NCBI RefSeq assembly: GCF_018977255.1
Contig: NW_024704743.1
Coordinates: 74,588,001 to 74,652,000, forward strand
DNA from: Callorhinchus milii
Lineage: Eukaryota
DNA length: 64,000 nt
Reading direction: 5' to 3'
Shown: positions 37,855 to 50,000 of the stretch, in pieces
How positions within the stretch are numbered: the first letter of the stretch is position 1
How the letters are laid out: each line of letters opens with the position of its first letter
The notes under the pieces: model-generated
What the model was told of the DNA's origin: nothing
The model's database searches: none
What the model saw: only the letters and a program-made list of their open reading frames with translations
Program-made: the position numbers and the translations under genes

Positions 37855-38016
37855 GACGCCATTAGCTGCGCGCGCACACACACAGCACGTGATCCCCTCA
37901 CACTCAACACCCGCCGCTGATTCCCCCCCCCGTGACAGCGCATTACTGCGCGTGCGCGCGGGGCGGCGCGTCGGGGCGGAGCGGGTCACGTGGCGTCAGC
38001 CCCGACGGAAGAGCGG
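37855..38016 (+). promoter_or_regulatory. GLB1 CpG-rich promoter with CLEAR/E-box, GC boxes and NRF1-like site
   Basis: GTCACGTGGC at 37985-37994, CACGTG at 37886-37891, TGCGCGTGCGC at 37947-37957, GGGGCGG near 37960 and 37973. Confidence 0.75.
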
Positions 38017-38067
38017 ATGGAACTTGAGGCGCTCCTCCGGGCGCTCGCGGTCTGTGCCCTCCTGGCG
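38017..38067 (+). CDS. GLB1: GLB1 exon 1, signal peptide [17 protein letters not shown]
   Basis: ATG in CpG island, hydrophobic leader, GCG|GTGAGT donor, phase 0. Confidence 0.88.
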
Positions 38068-41000
38068 GTGAGTGAGGGAGGCGTGGCCAGGGAGCCAGTG
38101 CAGCCAGGGAGCCAGTGACCCAGTGCAGCCAGTGTCCCAGTGCAGCCAGTGACCTAGTGACCCAGTGCAGCCAGTGTCCCAGTGCAGCCAGGGAGCCAGT
38201 GCAGCCAGTGACCTAGTGACCTAGTGCACCCAGTGTCCCAGTGTCCCAGTGCACCCAGTGTCCCAGTGACCTAGTGCACCCAGTGTCCCAGTGACCTAGT
38301 GCACCCAGTGTCCCAGTGACCTAGTGCAGCCAGTGTCCCAGTGACCTAGTGCACCCAGTGACCTAGTGCACCCAGTCACCTGGTGCACCCAGTGTCCCAG
38401 TGACCTAGTGCAGCCAGTGTCCCAGTGACCTAGTGCAGCCAGTGTCCCAGTGACCCAGTGCACCCAGTGTCCCAGTGACCTAGTGCAGCCAGTGTCCCAG
38501 TGACCTAGTGCAGCCAGTGTCCCAGTGACCTAGTGCAGCCAGTGTCCCAGTGACCCAGTGCAGCCAGTGTCCCAGTGTCCCAGTGCACCCAGTGTCCCAG
38601 TGACCTAGTGCAGCCAGTGTCCCAGTGACCTAGTGCAGCCAGTGTCCCAGTGACCTAGTGCAGCCAGTGTCCCAGTGACCTGGTGCAGCCAGTGTCCCAG
38701 TGACCTGGTGCAGCCAGTGTCCCAGTGACCTAGTGCAGCCAGTGTCCCAGTGACCTAGTGCAGCCAGTGTCCCAGTGTCCTAGTGCAGCCAGTGTCCCAG
38801 TGACCTAGTGCAGCCAGTGTCCCAGTGTCCTAGTGCAGCCAGTGTCCCAGTGACCTAGTGCAGCCAGTGTCCCAGTGACCTAGTGCAGCCAGTGTCCCAG
38901 TGTCCTAGTGCAGCCAGTGTCCCAGTGACCTAGTGCAGCCAGTGTCCCAGTGACCTAGTGCAGCCAGTGTCCCAGTGTCCCAGTGCACCCAGTGTCCCAG
39001 TGCAGCCAGTGTCCCAGTGACCTAGTGCAGCCAGTGTCCCAGTGACCCAGTGCAGCCAGTGTCCCAGTGACCTAGTGCAGCCAGTGTCCCAGTGACCTAG
39101 TGCAGCCAGTGTCCCAGTGACCCAGTGCAGCCAGTGTCCCAGTGACCTAGTGCACCCAGTGACCTAGTGCACCCAGTGTCCCAGTGACCTAGTGCACCCA
39201 GTGACCTGGTGCACCCAGTGTCCCAGTGACCTAGTGCACCCAGTGACCTAGTGCACCCAGTGTCCCAGTGACCTAGTGCACCCAGTGACCTAGTGCACCC
39301 AGTGTCCCAGTGCAGCCAGTGTCCCAGTGCAGCCAGTGTCCCAGTGACCTAGTGCAGCCAGTGTCCCAGTGACCTAGTGCAGCCAGTGTCCCAGTGACCT
39401 AGTGCAGCCAGTGCACCCAGTGTCCCAGTGCACCCAGTGTCCCAGTGCAGCCAGTGTCCCAGTGACCTAGTGCAGCCAGTGTCCCAGTGACCCAGTGCAG
39501 CCAGTGTCCCAGTGACCTAGTGCAGCCAGTGTCCCAGTGACCTAGTGCAGCCAGTGTCCCAGTGACCCAGTGCAGCCAGTGTCCCAGTGACCTAGTGCAC
39601 CCAGTGACCTAGTGCACCCAGTGTCCCAGTGACCTAGTGCACCCAGTGACCTGGTGCACCCAGTGTCCCAGTGACCTAGTGCACCCAGTGACCTAGTGCA
39701 CCCAGTGTCCCAGTGACCTAGTGCACCCAGTGACCTAGTGCACCCAGTGTCCCAGTGCAGCCAGTGTCCCAGTGCACCCAGTGTCCCAGTGACCTAGTGC
39801 ACCCAGTGTCCCAGTGTCCCAGTGCAACCAGTGCAACCAGTGTCCCAGTGCAACCAGTGTCCCAGTGCAGCCAGTGTCCCAGTGACCTAGCCAGTGCACC
39901 CTGTGTCCCAGTGCACCCTGTGTCCCAGTGCAGTCAGTGTCCCAGTGACCGAGCCAGTGCACCCAGTATCCCAGTGCAGCCAAAGTCAGTAGACGACACA
40001 TTATCAGTGGAGCACAACAGCCACACATCTTTTTTCTATGCACACAATATTTTAATGATCTCATATGCATTTCAAATGTATTGCATGAATCAAAAGAAAA
40101 AAACTCAGGCCTGTTGTATATTCATTGCCCCTTCCGCTCCTCCGTCAGTGGCCAGGCCTTCAGATCCTATGCCTTTTACTGGAACAAACACTCAAATCAA
40201 AATGCCCTGCCCCACCCTCACTTACTTTCTCATCCAGAAGCTCCCTGGCAGAGGTGGGCTAAATGTTACCGATCTGCAGCTTGACTGCATGTGTGAGAAT
40301 GTTCCTTCATAAGTTGTGGAGATATATCAGTATGTGTTTGTTATAGAGTTCGTCCAGCAGAACATTTCAGATTGATTACGACAAGGATTGTTTCCTCAAG
40401 GATGGCGAACTGTTCCGCTATATTTCTGGGAGTATCCATTACTCTCGTATACCTCAATACTATTGGAAGGACCGGCTTTTGAAAATGTATATGGCAGGAC
40501 TGAATGCCATTCAAACGTAAGTTTCAAATTCTCTAAACTGGAATTGCATTTACAATATTTACACTTAAACTTCTAGTATTTACACTCACTCACATTTACA
40601 CTTTCAGTATTTACAATATTGTACTTCACATTTTCAGTACTAAATTTTACAGTATGCTTGCTGTATTTATTTACACTTTCATATATCACTCAGACACATT
40701 TTCCACCTCATATATCATAATAATAATCCTTGCATTTGATATAGCACTTTATCACATCTTCCAGACATTCAAAGCGCTTCACAGAATATATGTGGAGTCC
40801 TGTAGCTCAGTGGTTAGAGGACTCACCTTGCAAACGAGACACCTGGGTTCAATTCCAGGCAGAGGGCGAAACCTTGGGCAAGTTTCCTTACTCCACACAG
40901 AGCCTAATAATAATCCCTCCAAAACCAAAAACAATAATAAATTGGTCATTTTCAAGCCACGACTGTTTGTGGGACATTGCTGTGCGCAATTGGCTACTGC

Positions 41001-44000
41001 GTTTCACCCACAAATATACAGTCAATTCACTTTACAGTCTATTCTGTGAAGTGCTTTGAGATGTCCAGAAGAGGTGAAAAGTGCTATATCAAATGCAAGG
41101 ATTATTATTACTATTATTATATCGTAATGTGAATTCACTGTATATTTTGTGCGTGAAAAGTGGCAGCCAATTGCGCACAGCAGTGTCCCACAAACAGTCA
41201 TGGATTGAGTGAAGAATTAACTTTTATTGATTTTGAAGGAATAATTATTCCCCGGAAAAGTAATCTGCCAATCGACTAACAACCAGGTTTCTACTTACTG
41301 CTAGGTAAACAGGCGTGTGGAGTAAGGAAACTTGCCCAACAATTCGTCTTGCCAGGAATCAAACCCAGGTCCACAGGCACAATTCCCACCTCATATTATC
41401 ACCCAGGCACATTTCGCACGTCGGAGTCCTGTAGTTTAGTGGTTAGAGTACTCACCTTGCAAGCGAGAAGATTCAGGTTCGATTCACAGGTAGGGCAAAA
41501 CCTTAGGCAAGATTGCTTACTCCACACACCTCTGTTTAGCAGTAAGTAGGAACCTGATTGTTAGTCGATTATCGGATCGCGTTTCTGGGGGTAATAAGGA
41601 CCTAGATGCAACAAGATCTGGTCTGGCTACAGGCTCTTAAAAGGACATTATCCCAGCAGTTCTTTTCCCCAAAATTGGCTGACTACCTATTTATTTCTGG
41701 AGATTGAACAACAAGCCTAGAATGTGGACGACCATTTTGAAGTTACAAAGACTACAGCACCAGACCCGCTCAGTCCAACCAGTCCGTGCCGCTGTTTAAA
41801 CTTAGCTTTGAGCTCGTGATTTTCAGTTTCAACCAATAAAAACCCCGATACACTCCCCCCTGATACAACAAAAAGGAAATTGTTGTTTATTTAATAAAAC
41901 TGGAAAAACTTGACCTGACATAACTCGGAGATTAGTTTTTCTCTCTCTCTTGTTTGTGCTTGGTGGCGTCTTGGTGTTCTGACTGTGGTTATGTTACTTT
42001 CCACCTCTTTCCTCCGTATGCACAGAGGTGGCTGGTGAAGGTTTAAAAGGAGGGAGGTATTGCGGGTGTGTGAGAGTGCCGCTCTCCCCTCCGTCTGTGC
42101 AAGTGCATCTTCTCAGTACAGTAATGAAAGCCCTGAAAAAAAAACAATTAATCCACACTCTAAAATTGCTAAAAACCCTATTTATACTCCACGTGAGTCT
42201 TCTCCACCCATTCCCTACTCCTTCCCATACCCTTCCATTCCTCTCTCCCTCACGTGAAGGTCTAGCTTCCTATTGAATGTATCTATAGTATGATTCAATC
42301 ACTACTTCAGGCAGTGAGTTTCACAATCTTACTACCCTCTGTGTGAAGTAGTTACTCTTAAATTCTCTTTTGGATCCCCTAGTCATGATCTTAAACTTAC
42401 ATTCCCTGGTTACAACTCCCCAACCAGGCTTAACAGCCCCAGTTTGATATCATTTGCAGATTTCAACACCACATCTTCTATACCTGAATCCAAATCATTC
42501 ATGTATACTGTGAACAGTAGTGGTTCTATCATGGATCTCTGCTGAACACCACTGCCTACCTCTTGCCAGCCTGAGAAGATGCCCTTAACTCTTATCCTTT
42601 GCTTTTGATTTCCTAACCATTCTGCTTCCTATCCCATGATTCCACATGCCCTGATTTTAGTCATGAGGCCTTCATGTGGCACTTTATAAAGAGTCTTCTG
42701 GAAATCCATATACTACATGGACGACATTTCCGTCTACTTTATCGGTCGCAGAGTTGAAAATCAAACATTCTCAGCCGTACCACATCAGGGAACTCTCCCA
42801 TCGTGACTCCGAAATCTGTCACAGGTATCTGTAAAAATGTTATAAAATTTACTCTTACTATTTTAATTCCATAGTTATGTACCATGGAATTATCATGAAC
42901 CTACACCAGGACATTATAACTTTACTGGAGACAAAAGTTTGGAGCACTTTTTACAATTGTGTAATGATACAGGATTGTTTGTCATCTTAAGAGCTGGACC
43001 CTATATCTGTGGAGAGTGGGACATGGTAAGTTGCAGTTAACTTTCTCCCAGTTTGTCCTAGCCAACAATGTCCTGGTCATTCAATTCATGGCTATTTGTG
43101 GGGCATTGCTGTGCAAATTGCCTGCTACGTTCTCCCATAAAAACACGCTGTATATCCTTTGGACTGCTTTGATTCTTCCTACTTTGAAAGGCATTATATC
43201 AAACCTAAAGATCATTATTGTAGCTCTGAAATTTGGTAGTCGGTGGTTGGAGGGTATTTAAAATCATATTTAAAGAGCATAATCTGTTTAGTATACTGTA
43301 ATTTTGATTTACCTTGACCTGCAGTTTCCACATTATCTGCAGTAGATATTGATTTGTCCTCTGTTGTCATTCTCTACTTCATCTTGAAAGATGCACCTAG
43401 TTTTCCTTTCCACCACTGGGGGGCAATTTGCACACACACATACTCGCTCTTCGTCAAGTCTCTGAATACCCATCAATCATAATCATAACAACCAGAATGC
43501 CAAATTTATTCCTAATTCTCCTGTATAAACACTTTTGAAACATGCATTGCTTTGTTTCTTCTGATCTTTTATTTTATGCTGTCACTTCCTTTACAGTACT
43601 CCTGTTATATCAGTGTCTGGAATCGTGTTGCCATCCACCATCCCTTCCTCTGTTCTGTAACTTCTCTGTCGTCTATCCTTTCCAGTGCCTGTCTCGTTTC
43701 CACTATTCGGTAGCCTATAGTGTACCCCCAATATAGTCACAGATCCCTTATTATTTCTCAGTGCCATCCTCCTCGACCACCTCCTCCTTCCTCCACCTCG
43801 GTTGGACTGCTCTCTCCTGGTACTTTGACACACCACCACCATTTTGTCTCCTCCAATGGTTTCTCCTACTGTCCCAGCATGATCACATATTGAGACCTCA
43901 GTCCTACCAATGTTCTAACTGCCTACTTGTCTGACATCAAGACCTAGATGAGCACCAACTTTCTGAAACTGAACATAGGCAACGCAGAAGCCATCCTCCA

Positions 44001-47000
44001 TGGCTCCATCAACACCTTCTCACTTGCAGTTCTGAACTCCTTCCCTGCATATCTCTTAGACACACCAAAAACCCATATATAAAATTGGCATCAGGTTTGA
44101 TCTCCAGTTATCCTTCCTATCCCACATCCGGGCCTTGACCAGGACTGCCTTTCCACCTCTGGCATATCGCTTACCTTCAATCCTATCCTTCGTCACCTCC
44201 CACCTTGATTTTTCCAATGCACTCCTCGCTGGTCTCCCCAGTTCCACTTTAAACTACAATGTCCAAAGAATATAAAACTCTTCTAATCATGTCCTCAGCC
44301 CTACTAAGCTTTGCACCCGCATCACCCTTGTTCTTTCCAAGCTCCACTGGATCCCCATTGCAGAACAGATCCATTTCAAGATCCTCACACTTTCAGATCT
44401 CTTCACACCCTGGCACCTCCCTACCTCTCTGATCTGCCCACACCCCATTCCCACCGCCTTCACTCAGCTGACTCGGGTCTTCTGCATGTCCCTCGACCCT
44501 CCGCTCCACCATTGGCGGCCATGTTTTCATCCACTGTGCGCAGAATCTGTGGAACTCCCTGCCTCAATCCCTCTGTCTTGCCCCCTCGTGGCTCATCTTC
44601 AAATCACACCTGAAGACTTTCCTATTCGACCGTGCTTTTGGTCACCTCCCCTCTTTTTCAAGCTTGGTGTCAAACCACACCGTTGTTTAACACTTCAAAG
44701 TACTACCTGAGGGGCACTGTATAAATGCAGGTGGTTGTTATTGTTCAATTCTGCCCATAGGGATTCTGTGCCATCTTCTACCGTTTACCCTTCAATAATC
44801 CAATAGAATCCAACATTAATCTGCCTTCTTCCCTAATTGCTTTCCACATTGTCGCTTAAATGCTTGAATTTACAAAAAACGCGAGGGACGATTCTCCGAT
44901 AACGTTACTGTTGACTCTGGTGGCTGAGTGAATTGGGTGCTCTGCTAAGATACTAATATGCTAATCGGCAGAAAATTTAAAGATAATTAAATTTACTGGG
45001 CACAAATAAATTTACTTGAACGGGCTACTCACTCCCTGAATGTTTTTCATTCTTTGAAGGGTGGTCTTCCTGCCTGGCTGCTACAGAAAAAGTCAATTGT
45101 TCTGAGGTCTTCAGATCCAGGTAAGAAGCACACATCACATCTTGGATTCAATCTGCACTCGTAAGGAGTTGTCAGACCGGTTAAATATGCAGCGCTCTCA
45201 TTTCTGCGTTGGAAGGTTGTGGGTTCAAGCCCTATATCTCACAGGCTAGATTGATATTCTAATACTGTGCTGGGAGAGCGCTGGATGGTTGGACATGCTG
45301 TCTTTCAGATGAGGTGTTAAACTGAGTTCCCATTTGCTTGTTAAGTGGATTTTAAAGATCCCATAGTACTATTCCAAATAGAACAGAGTTTCTTCTGGTA
45401 TCCTGGCCAACAACATTCGTTTTTGCCTGCAAATACACAGTGAAGACACTTTACAGTAAATGCTGCAAAGCTCTTTAGATGTTCCGATGATGTGATGAGG
45501 TCAAATATATCGCTCTATCAAATGCATGGGTTGGGAGGTATTCAGTCCGAAACATGTCGAATGTTAAAGACACGTTTCGATTGGACGTTTTGGTGATGTG
45601 ACTATTATTATCCAGGATTACGATAATTATCGCCAATGTTGTACACCAATAACTACTATAGTTTATTAGATTGGAAAATGTACATCACATACATTAAAAA
45701 AAATTATATATCCCATCTTTTATCCCCAACATTCTCTTTGGGACCAGCAACTTGATTTGTCCATCGCCATGCAGCTTTACTGAACATTAGGGTTGTTCTG
45801 TATATTTGTCTAACATCAACTTTTGATTTGCAGATTATCTTGCATCTGTTGATAGATGGATGAGTGTTCTTCTGCCAAAAGTCAAACCGTTTCTGTATCA
45901 AAATAACGGACCAATTATTTCTGTGCAGGTAATGAATAACATTTTGTGACACTGATGAGTGAACTATTGCTAACATAGGCGAGTGATCCCTACTGGTGCA
46001 AATGGTATGCACCATGAAGTGCTATTTCTGGCCATAAAATTGAGAAGTGTTTATTGGTGAGAAGAAAGCGGCTGTTCTTTTTAATTAATACTTCATTAAT
46101 GTAGGAATTTTGCTTCAGTCCTCAGTCAAAGTGAAATGCACTGACTTAAAAATTATTTTTTAAAGCCAAATATAAGAAGTGACTTAGCAACAGCAGGTAC
46201 ACTGTAGGAGAGTAATTATTTTTCTTTCACAAGTGTTAATAATAATCTTTGAGTTTGATAAAACACTTTTCATATAGAGAGGATGTGTCAAAGCATTTCA
46301 CAGGATTTTGCCTTCAAAATAAACGGTCGCTGCAATTTACAGTGAAATCCTGAAATCCTCTCACATGAATGGCGCTATATCACATGCATGGATTATTATT
46401 ATTTACTGCAAGATACAGTGACTATGCATTTTGTAACCGAACAAGGCAGTCAATTTTCTCACAATAGCATCTCTCAAGCAGCCGTGGATTGTTGGCCAGG
46501 CACAGAATGTTAAATTTGCAACCGCGTAAACTGTTTGTGTTACAGGTGGAGAATGAGTACGGGAGTTACTTTGCCTGTGACTACGACTACTTGCGCCATC
46601 TTGTGAAACTATTCCGGTATTATCTGGGAAACGATGTTGTTTTGTTCACAACAGATGGAGCAGGGAAAAGCTACCTCAAGTGTGGGACTCTCCAAGGGCT
46701 TTATGCTACTATAGACTTTGGACCAGGTATGTTAAACTATATATACATATTTACCGATCTATGGGAAATGAACTGGCAAGTGTTCAAGTTTTCAGTTTTT
46801 TCACTATCATGAAACAACATTAGGGTTAATAAAGTTACTCAAATGTCAGTAGCTGCTTTATTTTCAATTATACTGGATTAACTTGCCATCACACATACAC
46901 ACACATATATATATATATATATAGGTAACCTCTTAAAGTATATCCAAATTAATCATAAATTATTTAATTTATTTGTGCCCAAGATCATCAGTATTGGAAT

Positions 47001-50000
47001 CAAAATTACAGTAGAGAGACCAGTATCTGCATTAATAGGGACCAGTCCCATTCTGGAAATGAAACAGTGTCGTGTCGTTCATCATGCACAATGGAATGTA
47101 CAGTGCTAACAAAAACTATCAGGATTCACATCATCACTAATATCACTTGTGCTAACTCACCTCCTTCTCTCTACCCCTTTCTCTCATGTCTCCTTACTTA
47201 ACGTCAGCACTTTTTGCTTCCAGGCATGCAGTATTTCTCCCTAAATCTCTGCCTCTCTTTCCCCCTCACTTTCTCTCTCTCATCACATACGTGACCTGCA
47301 TGAGATCACTGAGTGAAAAAATAGATTACCCTGGCTGTTGGTTCAAACGTTCACGCTGGTAAAATTCCCCCTGCTAGTTACAATGCTTTGGAATGGGGAA
47401 AAGTGGATATCAGTACTTGATGTAGCACTGATTTCATGTTTCTTTACCAGATAATGGTCAAAAGATAATTCTAGAATATAAGTTAAAGAGTTTTTCTAGG
47501 GGCAAGAATTTATATATGAAAAATGTCACCTCGTTCAACAGCAAGGTGACTGTGAGATGGAGAAACTATTCCCTTGCAGGCGGGAGGCAGTGGAGGCGCG
47601 TGGGGGGGTGTTGGTGAATCTTTGGGCCTAAACTGTTGCTTAGTGTGGACAGAAGATCACATGGGAACTATTCCCGGCATTAAGTATCGCCCCAAAAGAG
47701 TTGTGAAACGCTGCAAATTTACTTCCATTGTCTAACTTCCTCATTCTCCATAGTTTTAAACTATCCTGTATACTGTTTGCTTTGAGTGTGATTATCAAAT
47801 ATTTTTTGGGGGATCTCACCACAATGTGCTGTGTATTGGCAGGTGGCAACGTGACACAATTATTTACAGTCCAAAGGCATGCTGAACCCCGAGGTCCTCT
47901 AGTAAGTATCCACTGCCCAAGACTTGGTTAGAATTTACTGCAGTGTTTTAAATAGTACATCAGTATCAACTATAACCATTGCCTGGCATCCATCTAACTG
48001 ATATCATCCCCAAATAATACAACTCTCTCTTCCTGTTTGTCCAGGGTCTGATGCACATCACTCTCACTAACTTTTCTCCCTTTTACTGTCTTAAATCTAA
48101 CCAAACAATAATAATCCGTACATTTGATACAGTGTCTCACATTGGGAGGATGTCTTACAGCCATTGCACAGGTTATACTGTAAAGCGTAATGACTTTGTG
48201 TTATGGGGGCGAATGCGGCAGCTAAATTGTGCACAACAATGTCTCACAAACAGACATGAAGTGAATGACCAATTTTATTTGGGGATTGTTAGACAGACAC
48301 TCAGTCCTACCTGCAACATCCTTCCCACCAATAAATCATGTCAGTCTCCCCCTCCCGCCTTCTCTGTCTTCCTTCAAACACTCAGCTTGCAGACTAGACA
48401 GCTATTTGTAAGAGATTTAACAGTCCCTTGAGTCATTATGGGATCTCAGCCTATTTATGTCAAAAACCCAGAACTCATTTGTGCTGAATGTTAAATTTCA
48501 TATTGTATGTGTCCTCCATGTTTTAACAGAAAACTTCAAAAATGTAGACAAGTAGACTCCAAAAAGTAATAATTTATTTGTTTCCTGTTTGTTTTCATTT
48601 TTAACTCCCTTTGTATCCTCTTGAGGTTTCACTTCCTGCTTTGGTTGTGACTTTGTTTAGTTTTTTCCACGTACTGCTTTGGTTGTGACTTTGTTTAGCT
48701 GTACAGCCTGCTTTAACTGTTTCATTACGTCAGTAATAATGCAGTATCTACAATTAAAGCACATTAAAGCAGGTTCTACAACTAAACAAAGTGCTTCAGG
48801 CTGTGGCGATGATTTTGATTTCCACCAAGTTTCATTACTGCTGTGAAAGTTTTATCTGAACAGTAAAATACCTCTGTCATCTTCTCCAGCTTCACTCCCG
48901 TGTTCTCACCCTCTGCTTCACAAACTCTGGTCTGCTGCTCGTCATTTGCCCCTCTCCCCTTCACCATTGGTGGCCAAACCTTCAGACACTGTCAGTTCCT
49001 ATACTCTGGAACTCCCTCCCTAAATCCTTCCATATTCATCTCCTCTCTATCCGTCTTTAAAAACCTACTGAAAACCTACCCCTTCAACCGTAGCTACAGT
49101 CATCCACCCCCCCTGCTCACTCCTCTCTGCTTGTTGTCCATCACTATCTCTGTGCCCCATGTGAAAGATACAGTATAAATGTAAGTTATTGTAATATGGA
49201 AACATGCCTTATCGTTTTAGGTAAACTCTGAGTTTTATACAGGATGGTTAGATCACTGGGGTCAGAAACACTCCACCATTAATAAAGCATTTGTTGCTAA
49301 ATCTCTGGATGAAATTCTTGCACTTGGAGCCAACGTCAATCTGTAAGTGTTCATTTATGATGATGCATAAGATTGTCAGCAACTGTACGTTGAGGTTTGT
49401 TATTTGAAGTTCTAATTTGCACTTTGATGTCTGCAGATACATGTTTGAAGGTGGAACAAATTTTGCCTATTGGAATGGTAAGACATTTCACCAATAGCTT
49501 CATTATTACCAGGTACATTGCTACATTTAATGTAGGTCAATACAGTGTATGAAAATTCATCGTAACCTAGACTAACGTAGTGCAACCGAGTGTAACTCTT
49601 GACCAAGAATTCAGCTACTAGATGAATGTTTGCAATTTGTGTCATGTAAAATTAAGCAGTAATGAGTAAAAATTAAGCTTTGAGTAATAAGTAACTCTTA
49701 AATTGATGCTCTCTAGTTATTGACTCAATGAAAATAATTTCTCTCTGACTGTCGAAACCTCTCATAATTTTAAAGACCTCTATCAGGTCACACCTCAACC
49801 TTCTTTTTTCCAGGGGAAAAAGTCTCAGTTCTTCCAGTGGCTCATATGCCAAACCACTTATTCCTGGTATCATCTGAGTAAATGTCTGCAGCCCTCTATG
49901 GCATTGATATCTTTCCTAAAGTGAGGTGACCAAAACTCAACACAATATTCTAACTAATTATTAATATAAGTTTAGCATTACCTCTTTGCTTTTATATTCT

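Noticed and set aside
38087..39981. CRISPR-like array
   Set aside because: No unique spacers and no cas genes in a eukaryotic intron; it is a tandem satellite. The same applies to 22990-24400, where the spacers are just G runs.
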